NCBI GenBank assembly: GCA_963771465.1
Contig: CAVYTU010000014.1
Span: 480,001 to 544,000, forward strand
DNA length: 64,000 nt
Source of the DNA: an uncultured delta proteobacterium
GTDB taxonomy: Bacteria; Desulfobacterota; Binatia; UBA9968
Direction: 5' to 3'
Positions 44,447 through 53,751 of the stretch are shown here, piece after piece. The stretch's first letter is position 1, and every line of letters begins with the position of its first letter. Under the pieces are notes generated by a model. It was given only the letters and a program-made list of their open reading frames with translations, had not been told where the DNA came from and ran no database searches. The position numbers were made by a program, and so were the translations under genes.

Positions 44447-45841
44447 TCAACGAATAATGCCACGGTACTCGATCGGCATCTGCTGCTTTTCCGTCGGCGC
44501 ATTAGGAATTTGTGCTGGCAGGGGCGCGTTGCTCATCGGCGGTAGCGGCCGCGCCCGGCCGCCTTTCGATTCTTTTGTCATACGGCCTTCGCTTTTCGAA
44601 TTGGCCTGTACGTCCTCAGGCAGCTGTACCGTCACATAGCGCGGGTTCTTGATGCCGTCTTTACCCTCGCCGGCCTGATAAAACCGCTCTGCCGGCGGCG
44701 CGCCTTGCGGCGGTTCTTCCGAGGCTTGGTTCTTGCCCGCGCCATCTTTAGTACCGCCTTGGTTTTTGTCGAACTTATTATTGTTCTGTTCTTTACCCGG
44801 CTGATTAGGATCAGGCTGATTGCCCTTGGCGTCGCCTGGGCGCTGTTGATTTTTGTCTTGGCCAGGCTCGTTGGGGTTGGCTTGCGCCGACTTGCCCTGC
44901 GGCATGTCCTTGCTCAATTGCGCGCTCGTCTCGCCCTTGCTTTCACCGCCGTCGCCTTGGCTCTGCTTGCCTTCGCCTTGGCCGCTTTCTTGCGGTAAAT
45001 TGGTTTGCAGATTGCCGCCGCCCTTCTGTTGATCTTTTTGTTGATCCTGGCCGCTCGCCGACTGTTGTTGCTCGCTGCCTTTGAGCTGATCTTGAGCTTG
45101 CGCCAGCATATTTTGATTGTCTTTCTCTTGTTCTTGCTTTTGCTGCTCGGCGATTTTTCGCTCGAGCTCTTGAATCGCCGCCTGCTTTTCTTCCGGTTGA
45201 AGCTTGGGATCATCGAGTTTGGCGGCCAGTGCTTTGAGCTGCTGGGATAATTCGTTCAAGCGCGGCGCCTGCGCCATTTTTTCCGCCAAGTCGCGCAGTA
45301 GTTGCTGCGCCGACGGCGGATTCAACAGGGGGTCAACGACAGGTAGAAGAAAATAAAGTAGCAGCGCGACAATCACCGAAACGCCGACGGACCAAAACGT
45401 CGACCGTTTCGGATGGTACGGAAAGTCGTGTTTGAGCTCGACACGGTGCGCAAACTCGTCGGTTTCTCTTCGCAGGCGCGTATGCAATGACTCCGGACAT
45501 TGCGCCGGGTCGATGGTTGCCAAGGTGAGAAAGTGATCTTTCGCGCCAGCGCGCTCGTCGATCATTTGGGCGGCACGCGCAGGCTTGGGGATCAGCGGCC
45601 GATAGCGGAGCAGCACGGCCAAAACACCGATACCCATTGCGCCAATTGCTATCGCCATGGCTGCCGTCTGGCCGACCCAGGCGAACTTTGCGAAGAGGAA
45701 AATAGCCGCGAGTAGTGCCAGCACGGGCGGGACGCAGATGAGCAAAGAATCCCACAGCGCATGGCGGCCCAGTCGAGCCGTCAATCGACGCACTAAACCT
45801 TCCGGTCGTGCCTGCGCTTCAAGGTCGGACAACGGCTTCAT
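44447..45841 (-). CDS. Membrane protein with coiled-coil and Q/G-rich low-complexity tail (MoxR-associated)
   Basis: Three TM helices, coiled coil, Q/G/K-rich region and C-terminal PIEYR. Confidence 0.75.
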   Translation of the reverse strand: MKPLSDLEAQARPEGLVRRLTARLGRHALWDSLLICVPPVLALLAAIFLFAKFAWVGQTAAMAIAIGAMGIGVLAVLLRYRPLIPKPARAAQMIDERAGAKDHFLTLATIDPAQCPESLHTRLRRETDEFAHRVELKHDFPYHPKRSTFWSVGVSVIVALLLYFLLPVVDPLLNPPSAQQLLRDLAEKMAQAPRLNELSQQLKALAAKLDDPKLQPEEKQAAIQELERKIAEQQKQEQEKDNQNMLAQAQDQLKGSEQQQSASGQDQQKDQQKGGGNLQTNLPQESGQGEGKQSQGDGGESKGETSAQLSKDMPQGKSAQANPNEPGQDKNQQRPGDAKGNQPDPNQPGKEQNNNKFDKNQGGTKDGAGKNQASEEPPQGAPPAERFYQAGEGKDGIKNPRYVTVQLPEDVQANSKSEGRMTKESKGGRARPLPPMSNAPLPAQIPNAPTEKQQMPIEYRGIIR

Positions 45842-45890
45842 TGAAGAACTATAGCACTTTGACTCGGCCGCTTAAATGCGATCTTGCCAA

Positions 45891-47006
45891 TCATGCGCGG
45901 CGATTCTTTTTTGGCGAGTGGACCGGCGGACGCACCGGCTGAAAAGTTTTCACCGCCTGATTATGCGCTTCGATGGTTTCGGTAAACAAGTGCGAGCCGT
46001 CGTTCTTAGACACGAAATACAAATACGGCACGTTGGCCGGATAGAGCGCGGCTTTGATTGATTCTAGGCTCGGGTTGCAAATCGGTCCCGGCGGCAACGC
46101 GGTGATGCGGTAGGTATTGTAGGGAGTGGCGTCCTGTAGGTCTTTACGGGTTAAATTGCCGTTAAAATCCTTGATGCCGTAGATCACCGTCGGGTCGCTT
46201 TGTAGCGGCATCTGAAGTTTGAGCCGGTTGTGAAACACCGCCGATACCAAGGCACGCTCTTCATGAATCCCGGTCTCCTTCTCGATGATCGACGCCAAAG
46301 TCAGGATTTCATGGGGCGTCAATCGCCTTGCGCCGCCGGACTGCAGCAAAACCGGCTGAGAAATTTTACGAAACTGTTCTGCCATCGTGACGAGGATATC
46401 CTTCTCCGGTGTCGCCGGCGTGAAATGATAAGTGCTCGGGAACAGGTAACCTTCGAATCCCTTATCTTGTAAGCCGAAGCTCGCCAGCAAACTCGGGTCG
46501 ACCGACTCCCGGAGAAATTTGTCTTTATCGGCGATCTGCATTTTATCTAATAGCAGGGCAATTTCTTTGATGGTGAACCCTTCGGGGATCGTCACACTAT
46601 AAAAAATCCCTTTACCACTGACCAGACGGTCGAGAATTTGCTGCGGTGAAACGCCGGTTTCGAAACGGTAAAGTCCCTGATGGATGCGCTTTTCCGCGCC
46701 GCTAAAGCGCGCCCAAAGGGAAAAGAATAAGCCGTTGGAAATGACTTTTTGCTCGCGTAGTTTACGCGACACTGCGGCCAGAGTGTCACCTTGCTCGACG
46801 CGCACCTCGGCCGGCTCCGGCCCGATGGCGGCAATGGAATAATGAACGTTGTACAGCATCAAGCCGGCGCCGAGCAGAGCGACGGTCGCAGCGATGACAA
46901 TACAAGCGAGTAAGGCTCTCACGATTGGTGGTTGGGCGGTAATAGCGGCGGTCGAATCGGCTATTCTGCCGTCAATTAATTTTCCGTCAGGTTGACTTTG
47001 ATCCAA
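45891..47006 (-). CDS. mltG: Endolytic transglycosylase MltG
   Basis: TIPEG, EGYLFPSTY, ASIIEKET, LQSDPT, YNTY, LPPGPI, YLYFV. Confidence 0.95.
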   Translation of the reverse strand: MDQSQPDGKLIDGRIADSTAAITAQPPIVRALLACIVIAATVALLGAGLMLYNVHYSIAAIGPEPAEVRVEQGDTLAAVSRKLREQKVISNGLFFSLWARFSGAEKRIHQGLYRFETGVSPQQILDRLVSGKGIFYSVTIPEGFTIKEIALLLDKMQIADKDKFLRESVDPSLLASFGLQDKGFEGYLFPSTYHFTPATPEKDILVTMAEQFRKISQPVLLQSGGARRLTPHEILTLASIIEKETGIHEERALVSAVFHNRLKLQMPLQSDPTVIYGIKDFNGNLTRKDLQDATPYNTYRITALPPGPICNPSLESIKAALYPANVPYLYFVSKNDGSHLFTETIEAHNQAVKTFQPVRPPVHSPKKNRRA

Positions 47007-47545
47007 CCTTCGATCTGGCGCAAGAACCCGGCAAAGGGATCTTCTCCCGGCGCCGCTGCGAAGCAGGCCTTGCGCACATAATCCAGCGCGCCGGAATAGT
47101 ATTCGAATTTACTCGACAGCTCCTGAAACAGAAAATAACCGGTCCGATAAAGCGATAAATCGAGCTCGGAAACCGTCCAGTAAGAACGGCTGCCTTCCTG
47201 AAGATAATAGCCGAGCGAGCCTTTCCCTTCGACGTATTGGCGAAAAATCCCACTCATAAAGAGCGCATAGTCGCCAAGATATTTTCGGCGCGAGCGTTCC
47301 TTCAGCAGATCGGTCTCGTCGTTCAGCGCCGGCGCCTGCTGACTGAGTATTTCTACGACAGTGTCAACCTTGCGGCCGTTGCGCCCACGCAGCTTGTAGA
47401 GATTTTCAGAGCGCGCGAACTCGGTCAAGACGTCGCCGACATAGTCGGCAACCGTTGCGTCGTGAATACCCAGTTGCCAAAAGCTCTGGCGTACCGAATG
47501 GCGAAAAAAACTCCCTAACTGGCTGTCCGCTGCTTTGTTGTCCAT
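46976..47545 (-). CDS. Conserved hypothetical protein
   Basis: Helical ORF with LGDYALFMSGIF..YY..G..SY motif, overlapping mltG. Confidence 0.7.
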   Translation of the reverse strand: MDNKAADSQLGSFFRHSVRQSFWQLGIHDATVADYVGDVLTEFARSENLYKLRGRNGRKVDTVVEILSQQAPALNDETDLLKERSRRKYLGDYALFMSGIFRQYVEGKGSLGYYLQEGSRSYWTVSELDLSLYRTGYFLFQELSSKFEYYSGALDYVRKACFAAAPGEDPFAGFLRQIEGWIKVNLTEN

Positions 47546-47697
47546 AACTCGGTAATCATGATACCAATTTTGCCGTTGGCTGAAAAGACAAGTTTTAGAC
47601 GCCAAGCAGAATTGCTATTTGCCGCTTGAAGCCGGGTACCGGGTACCCTGGGGAATTTGAGCAGCGGCGATATAATAACACGCATTTTTGACGAGTC

Positions 47698-48657
47698 GTG
47701 GCGAACACAAACACTAGCGACAGCCAGGCGCGAAGCCGGTTAATTTCCGTTCCTGGGCACTGCGCAAATCGATTGAGGCTATTTCTCTCGGTGCCATTCA
47801 ATCGAGTTTTTCAACCACCATCGCTGCTGATAGCTCTATTACTTGTGAGCTGCCGACCCGAAGACAAGTTAATTTTCTATCCAAGCGCCGAGATAATCCT
47901 TACCCCGCGTCATGTTGGGTTGGAATTCCAAGATCTTTTTTTCACCACAGCTGACGGCGTCCGTCTCAACGGCTGGTTTATTCAGCACCGGGAAGCCCGT
48001 GTTACGCTGGTGTGGTTTCATGGTAACGCGGGCAACATCAGCCACCGAGTCGAGAACATTAAGCTGCTGCACGACAAGGTAAGGGTCAATATTTTCATTT
48101 TCGACTACCGCGGTTACGGCCGCAGCGAAGGCAATGTCTCCGAAGCGGGAACCTATCGGGACGGCGTTGCTGCGCTCGAATTTGTCGTCCAGCAGCTGGG
48201 CGTCAAAACTGAGAATCTGATCATCTTCGGCCGTTCATTGGGCGCGGCGGTTGCAGCGGAAATGGCCAACCGGTTCGATATCCGCGCTTTGATTTTGGAA
48301 ACACCTTTCGTTTCAATCCCGGAAATGGCGAAGAGTGTTTTCCCGCTGCTGCCCATTGGGTCGTTGCTCCAAACTCGCTACGACAATCTTGAAAAAATCG
48401 CCAAGATCAAAGTCCCGCTTCTGGTCTTGCATGGCGACCGCGATGCGGTAATTCCCTACGAGCACGGTCGGAGAGTTTTCAACGCCGCGCCGGGCCCGAA
48501 AGATTTCTACACGATCAGCGGCGCCAGCCACAATGATACTTACATTGTCGGTGGCGACGCCTACTTTGAACGCTTACGAAGCTTTATCGAGATTGTAATG
48601 GCAAGCCGGCCGCCATCGTCTTCGACCGATCACGTCGGCAAGAATGTAACGAAATAA
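47698..48657 (+). CDS. Alpha/beta hydrolase (ABHD13/BEM46-like); true start likely downstream
   Basis: FHGNAGN, DYRGYG, GRSLG, HGDRD, HND. Confidence 0.9.
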   Translation: MANTNTSDSQARSRLISVPGHCANRLRLFLSVPFNRVFQPPSLLIALLLVSCRPEDKLIFYPSAEIILTPRHVGLEFQDLFFTTADGVRLNGWFIQHREARVTLVWFHGNAGNISHRVENIKLLHDKVRVNIFIFDYRGYGRSEGNVSEAGTYRDGVAALEFVVQQLGVKTENLIIFGRSLGAAVAAEMANRFDIRALILETPFVSIPEMAKSVFPLLPIGSLLQTRYDNLEKIAKIKVPLLVLHGDRDAVIPYEHGRRVFNAAPGPKDFYTISGASHNDTYIVGGDAYFERLRSFIEIVMASRPPSSSTDHVGKNVTK

Positions 48658-48666
48658 TACGTGCTG

Positions 48667-50394
48667 CTAGTCTAACGCTTGCAAGGAAGCGTTGCTTGCC
48701 GGCAAGTAGGCGTTTCTCACGTACTGAGAAACCATCCGTTGGGTGTTGAAGAAGGAACCGTTCAACGCAATCGCCGAACGCATCACTTGGCAGAAGTTAT
48801 CCGGCTCTTTGTAATAAAGTGGTAAAATAACCTGCTCGAGCTTCTGGTACAGCGATGCGGCTTCGGCGTTAGAGTCGTTTTCCGCCGAGTCGTCATCGCC
48901 AATCGACCAACCCGTCACTCCTTCGATATGGCCCTCGATCCACCAACCGTCGAGCACGCTAAAACTCGGCACGCCGTTGAGCGCCGCCTTCATGCCGCTG
49001 GTGCCCGAAGCTTCCTGCGGCCGAAGCGGTGTGTTGAGCCAAACGTCGACACCCGAACAGAGCAGCTTACCCAAAGCCATGTCGTAGTTTTCCAGATAAA
49101 CGACCCGCACATCACTGGCGAGTGTCGCGGCGGCCTCGAAGATCCGCCGAATGATCGCCTTGCCGCCGTCATCGCGCGGATGAGCTTTTCCCGCATAGAC
49201 GAGTTGCAAGGGTCCAGCTTGGCGCGCGAGCTTTTTCAGCCGTTCCAGATCCGTAAATAACAGATCGCCACGCTTATACCCCGTGGCGCGCCGGGCAAAT
49301 CCCAGAGTAAATACTTTTTCATCGAGCTGAACGCCGGTGAGCCAACGCACCTGCTGCAATAAATCCTTTTTCGCCAGGTTGTGCGCCTGACGAATTTCCG
49401 CAACGGGAATGCCTATGGCGTATCGCAGGAAACAATTATCGCTGCGCCACTCGGGAATCGTTCGATCGTATAACGCCGCCAGTGGCGCCGCGGCCCAAGT
49501 GGTTGCATGCACGCCGTTGGTGATCGCGTCGATGTTGTGATTGGGAAACATGCCGCGCGACACTTCACCATGGCGCATCGATACGCCGTTGACGAACCCT
49601 GAGAATTTAAGCGCCAGCTCAGTCATGTTGAGCGAGCCGTTCATGACCCGCAATTGGCTCAACTGGTCCGCTCGTTCCTCACCGAGAACCTGGGAAACCA
49701 ACTCCGCAGTAAAACGATCATGACCCGCCGGCACCGGCGTGTGAGTCGTAAAGGCGCATTGTCGGCGCACGACCTCGACTTCCTTTTCGGAAAATCGATG
49801 CGGCGACTGCGACGCGCAACGTTCTTCCATCAACGCCAGTGTTGCCAATGCCGAATGACCTTCGTTCATGTGAAACAGCCGAATGTCGGCATAACCCAGC
49901 GCGCGCAGCATGCCGACGCCGCCTAAGCCCAGAACGGCCTCCTGGCACAAGCGATAACGTTCGTCACCGCCGTAAAGAAAATCGGTGAAGCCTCGATCCG
50001 CCGAGTCATTTTCTTCCAACTCCGTATCCAAGAAAAACAACGGCACGATGTGTCCGGTGATGCCGACAAAATGGTAGCACCAGGCGCCGACGCGCACTTG
50101 GCGGCCCTCAAGCGACAGCGAAATCTGTAGAGGCAATCGGGTGAGAAAGTTTTCCGGTGACCACTTCGAAGGACTTTCAAGCTGGTTGCCCAACGAGTCG
50201 AGACGCTGTTCGAAATAGCCCTTACGGTGGAGCAGCGAAACCGCCACCATCGGAACCTGTAAATCGGCCGCGGACCGTAACGTGTCACCTGCAAGAACGC
50301 CTAATCCGCCGCTGTAGGTTGGGATAGCGTTATCCACTGCCACGTCCATGGAGAAATAGGCAATGGTTCCCGAAAAGGATGATGCGTCATTCAT
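48667..50394 (-). CDS. glgP: Alpha-glucan phosphorylase (short type)
   Basis: YSGGLGVLAGD, HMNEGH, TTHTP, ARR, GKAHP, EASGTSGMK. Confidence 0.95.
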   Translation of the reverse strand: MNDASSFSGTIAYFSMDVAVDNAIPTYSGGLGVLAGDTLRSAADLQVPMVAVSLLHRKGYFEQRLDSLGNQLESPSKWSPENFLTRLPLQISLSLEGRQVRVGAWCYHFVGITGHIVPLFFLDTELEENDSADRGFTDFLYGGDERYRLCQEAVLGLGGVGMLRALGYADIRLFHMNEGHSALATLALMEERCASQSPHRFSEKEVEVVRRQCAFTTHTPVPAGHDRFTAELVSQVLGEERADQLSQLRVMNGSLNMTELALKFSGFVNGVSMRHGEVSRGMFPNHNIDAITNGVHATTWAAAPLAALYDRTIPEWRSDNCFLRYAIGIPVAEIRQAHNLAKKDLLQQVRWLTGVQLDEKVFTLGFARRATGYKRGDLLFTDLERLKKLARQAGPLQLVYAGKAHPRDDGGKAIIRRIFEAAATLASDVRVVYLENYDMALGKLLCSGVDVWLNTPLRPQEASGTSGMKAALNGVPSFSVLDGWWIEGHIEGVTGWSIGDDDSAENDSNAEAASLYQKLEQVILPLYYKEPDNFCQVMRSAIALNGSFFNTQRMVSQYVRNAYLPASNASLQALD

Positions 50395-50697
50395 AGAGAC
50401 ATCTATTTGACGAAATTGGTGAACAATCTATCGATAAGAGCGCTCTGAGGAGCAACCTCGTCATTCCCAAAATTTTGGAATTCTGTAACTTGTCAGGGAT
50501 ATTAGCATAGCAACCCCGTCAGCATCAATTCTTTACGACGACTAAAACAGCACAGAATGCAAACATGAGACCAGGATTACTTTTGTACCGGGGACACTCA
50601 GCGATTATGAATTTGCATTATTTGGCTCGCTAGGCAAGAAGAAACGTTTCGATAGAATTTCAGTTAGGTCTTGGATTGCGGATTTGCGAGAGACGGA

Positions 50698-51414
50698 TCA
50701 CAGGCGAAACGCCTTTGTAAGTGCATTCCAGGAGCCATGACCAGCCAAAGTGCGCAACACTGCGACAGTTGGCGGCATCATCGGAAAAGTTCCCGATTGC
50801 AAGCGCTCCAGCGCCATAGCGGCCGATATCCACAGACTTTCCGAAACCTCCTCAGAACTATCCAGCGGCGTCTGTTGTGGCGGCAACGCAGCGAGATAAA
50901 AACGGGTATCAAAGCGCACCGGATAATGTTCCGGAGTGATACGATGAAAGAAATAAACCAGCCGGCTTAGATCGCAGCAAAGGTTTTCAGCGGTTAGCAA
51001 GCTGGAAAACTCCACCCTCCCATCCTGCAGCGCCGCTCGCTTCTCGGCCAATCGCAGAGATAACTCCCGGCTTCCCGAACCGTTCGTTGCACCGCCTTGC
51101 GATACGAATAAATAAATTCCCGCCTCTTCGAAAAGCTCTCGCACAGCCGCGACCCAATGACCGAGGCAAAGTTCTTCGCCTAGCCCGCCACCCAGTTGCT
51201 GCTGCGCGTCGGCGGCGCTAAGGCCGTGGGTCAATCTCTGCATCTCCGGCGATCGGTCACTGTTCTCGACACGCCCACCGGGAAAAACGTAAATACCAGC
51301 GTAAACGTCCATCTTGTCTGGACGGCGATTCATGAAAATTTCAAAACCATCGGCACCATCGGGACGAACTAACACCACCGTTGAAGCAGGTTGGGGAATT
51401 ACCGGTGGCGCCAT
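50698..51414 (-). CDS. NUDIX hydrolase
   Basis: VFPGG...AAVRELFEEAG and RFDTRFY. Confidence 0.88.
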   Translation of the reverse strand: MAPPVIPQPASTVVLVRPDGADGFEIFMNRRPDKMDVYAGIYVFPGGRVENSDRSPEMQRLTHGLSAADAQQQLGGGLGEELCLGHWVAAVRELFEEAGIYLFVSQGGATNGSGSRELSLRLAEKRAALQDGRVEFSSLLTAENLCCDLSRLVYFFHRITPEHYPVRFDTRFYLAALPPQQTPLDSSEEVSESLWISAAMALERLQSGTFPMMPPTVAVLRTLAGHGSWNALTKAFRL

Positions 51415-51453
51415 AATTCACGCAATTAACCCAGAGCAAATTCCCAGCCGAAA

Positions 51454-52257
51454 TTAGCTTCGCGACGACGGTTTGCCGATATGAATATGCGCACCTGTCG
51501 CCGACCCAGCGACGGCGTTTCTAAATGCGATAAACGGAATCCCGGCTTGACGCAGATAGCCCAATAGCGATTGTCCTTCCTTGCTATCAGGATGCAGCGC
51601 GACATCTATCGCATTGCGGTGATCGAAGCGCAAGCGATCATGTGTCGCAGTTTGGCCGAAGGCGCTGATCGGCAGCGCGCGGCCGAATGTTCCGGAAAAA
51701 AACTTTTCAATCTTAGAGACATCCATGAGCGCCCAAGGCGACCCGCCGTTAAAACGCATGAAGCTTCCCGACTCGCTGTACCCTCCCACCGCAAGCCCCG
51801 GCAAGCGCAGGAGCTCGTCGCGCATGGTATATTCGGTGATCGCCATGTCGGTTTCGGCGAGCCAGCGCTTATCCTCATCGACTAAAAGCATCGCTTGAGC
51901 CAAAGCATGCTCCGCTTGCAGCACCTCATTTCGCGCGATCAAACCCGAGTAATACTGCTCGCGGCGTTGTTCGTATTGCGCAAGCAGCCGGATCCGTTCC
52001 GCTTCGTGGAGCCTCAGCAGTTTTTCCGCGCCGGCGCGGGTTTCTTTGATTTTCTGAATCACGTCCGTACGCGCCCGCGTGAGTTCCGAATTGCTCGCAC
52101 CGGCGCGACGTAGGCTCGGCGTGCGGTTTGATGATTTGTTCTGAGTCTCTTGCGCAGGTGCCGTAGAGGAATGGATCAATGCGAATATCACGATCACGAA
52201 TACGCCGGCATTGCTGAATCGCGCAAAGTTGTGGCGCCGCGGTGGCCCTTGGAACAT
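51454..52257 (-). CDS. Exported coiled-coil protein with putative Zn-peptidase-like C-terminus (paralog of 53752-54507)
   Basis: TM/signal, coiled coil, then GQ..TH.RL.FDHR..IDV.LHPDS..EG and ATGAHIHIG. Confidence 0.75.
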   Translation of the reverse strand: MFQGPPRRHNFARFSNAGVFVIVIFALIHSSTAPAQETQNKSSNRTPSLRRAGASNSELTRARTDVIQKIKETRAGAEKLLRLHEAERIRLLAQYEQRREQYYSGLIARNEVLQAEHALAQAMLLVDEDKRWLAETDMAITEYTMRDELLRLPGLAVGGYSESGSFMRFNGGSPWALMDVSKIEKFFSGTFGRALPISAFGQTATHDRLRFDHRNAIDVALHPDSKEGQSLLGYLRQAGIPFIAFRNAVAGSATGAHIHIGKPSSRS

Positions 52258-52401
52258 GCGAGCGAGTTTAAGAATTCTGCCAGCTCGGGTCAAGCGAGCG
52301 TAGTGAGAGCTTCGCTGTGATCGACCCGGTTGTGACTGCGGCCGCGAGCCGATAGTATTCGCGCAGGTGAGGGACGTCATGCCTGCGGCTAAAAAATAAC
52401 C

Positions 52402-53187
52402 ATGAAGAATCGACGATTCGTCAACAGCGTCAGTTGGCTCGGTGTCGCACTATTATTTTCGACAACCGCCCTAGCCGGCGAATCCTCGCGGCTGCCAGAT
52501 ACTATCGAAAAAATTAGGCCGGCTGTGGTCGGCGTTGGAACATTCCAGAAGACTCGTCGGCCGCCCTCGGTCTTTCGCGGCACCGGGTTCGTCGTCGCGG
52601 ATGGCCTCCATGTCATCACCAATGCTCACGTCTTGCCGGAGAAAGTCGATTCGGACAGAAAAGAAATCATCGCGATCTTCGCCGGCAAAGGAAACGTCAT
52701 CGACATCCGTGAAGCGACCAAGATCGCCGAAGATCGCGCCCATGACGTTGCAGTATTGAGAATTACCGGCCAGCCACTGGTTGCGATGTCGCTCGGCGAT
52801 TCGGACAAAGTGCGAGAAGGTGAAACCTATGCATTCACTGGGTTTCCCATCGGCATGGTGCTTGGACTCAATGCGGTGACCCATCGAGGGATTATTTCCG
52901 CAGTCACACCGATCGTCATCCCACAGCTCTCCGGACAGCTCCTGGAGAAAAAGATTTTGACTCGGCTCTTCGCCCCCTATGACATTTTTCAGCTTGACGC
53001 CACCGCTTACCCAGGAAACAGTGGCAGTCCGCTGTACCATCCCGAAACCGGTCAGGTGGTTGGAATTATCAATAAAGTGTTTATTCAGGAGAGCAAAGAA
53101 ACTGTCATTCAAAAACCAAGTGGTATCTCCTACGCCATTCCGATCAAGCATTTGGCAACACTCATCAAGAAGGTCCGACAAGAGTAG
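52402..53187 (+). CDS. S1 (trypsin-like) serine protease without PDZ
   Basis: Signal peptide; GTGF, TNAHV, DVAVL, AYPGNSGSP. Confidence 0.9.
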   Translation: MKNRRFVNSVSWLGVALLFSTTALAGESSRLPDTIEKIRPAVVGVGTFQKTRRPPSVFRGTGFVVADGLHVITNAHVLPEKVDSDRKEIIAIFAGKGNVIDIREATKIAEDRAHDVAVLRITGQPLVAMSLGDSDKVREGETYAFTGFPIGMVLGLNAVTHRGIISAVTPIVIPQLSGQLLEKKILTRLFAPYDIFQLDATAYPGNSGSPLYHPETGQVVGIINKVFIQESKETVIQKPSGISYAIPIKHLATLIKKVRQE

Positions 53188-53240
53188 GCGGGAGTTCTAA
53201 GCGTTACGACCAAATCGACTACGATCGGTTGGCGCTGAAC

Positions 53241-53292
53241 CGTGGGGTTTTCGTGTCGATTGTGAAAGCAACGCATGGGGCTAAACCCCACG
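53241..53292. terminator. Inverted repeat between convergent protease and pilin genes
   Basis: CGTGGGGTTT ... AAACCCCACG. Confidence 0.5.
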
Positions 53293-53334
53293 CGTTGAAT
53301 ATAAAAAATTACCGAGACGCCGGGAGGTTGTCGG

Positions 53335-53523
53335 TTACGCGCTGCACGAAAACGGCGACGTAACGCAGTCGAGAACCTTTACCCAGCCCTTCGCCAAATG
53401 ATCGCCAACGTTGATCCCTTTCACTCCAACCCAGAACACCAGCGCGACCATTAAGACCACGAGCGTGTATTCAACCATTCCTTGACCGTCGTCTTCCTTA
53501 ATCAATCGCGTTATCAAATTCAT
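53335..53523 (-). CDS. flp: Flp family type IVb pilin
   Basis: MNLITRLIKEDDG/QGMVEY prepilin motif followed by a hydrophobic helix; 62 aa; RBS AAGGAG. Confidence 0.9.
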   Translation of the reverse strand: MNLITRLIKEDDGQGMVEYTLVVLMVALVFWVGVKGINVGDHLAKGWVKVLDCVTSPFSCSA

Positions 53524-53589
53524 ACCGTCTTTCTCCTTGTTAATATCTCTTTGGGATGTCTGTTCTTCGCCTAACCACGTCGAGAGATA

Positions 53590-53724
53590 GAGCAACCTTA
53601 CTGCCGACCCGCGCCTGACACCAAAAGCTGGATATTCGATGAGAGATTGGCCAAAACTCATGTCTCCTGTGTGTCGGGACTCCCCGTTTTCACGGAGCCA
53701 AGGATTGAACGGGCGAGGTTGCCC
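53590..53724 (-). ncRNA. Candidate structured RNA in flp 5' leader
   Basis: Closing stem GGGCAACCU/AGGUUGCUC, GAAA-tetraloop hairpin CUCCGU-GAAA-ACGGGG, inner stems GACAC/GUGUC and AUGAG/CUCAU. Confidence 0.4.
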
Positions 53725-53751
53725 GCACATGAAACTGCCAATCTACCGGTT

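Noticed and set aside
44640-45150. Low-complexity repeat-like DNA
   Set aside because: Explained by Q/G/K-rich coding sequence; no spacer-repeat structure.
53524-53730. 131-aa ORF extension of the pilin
   Set aside because: An RBS and typical Flp length support ATG 53523; the extension lacks a credible start.
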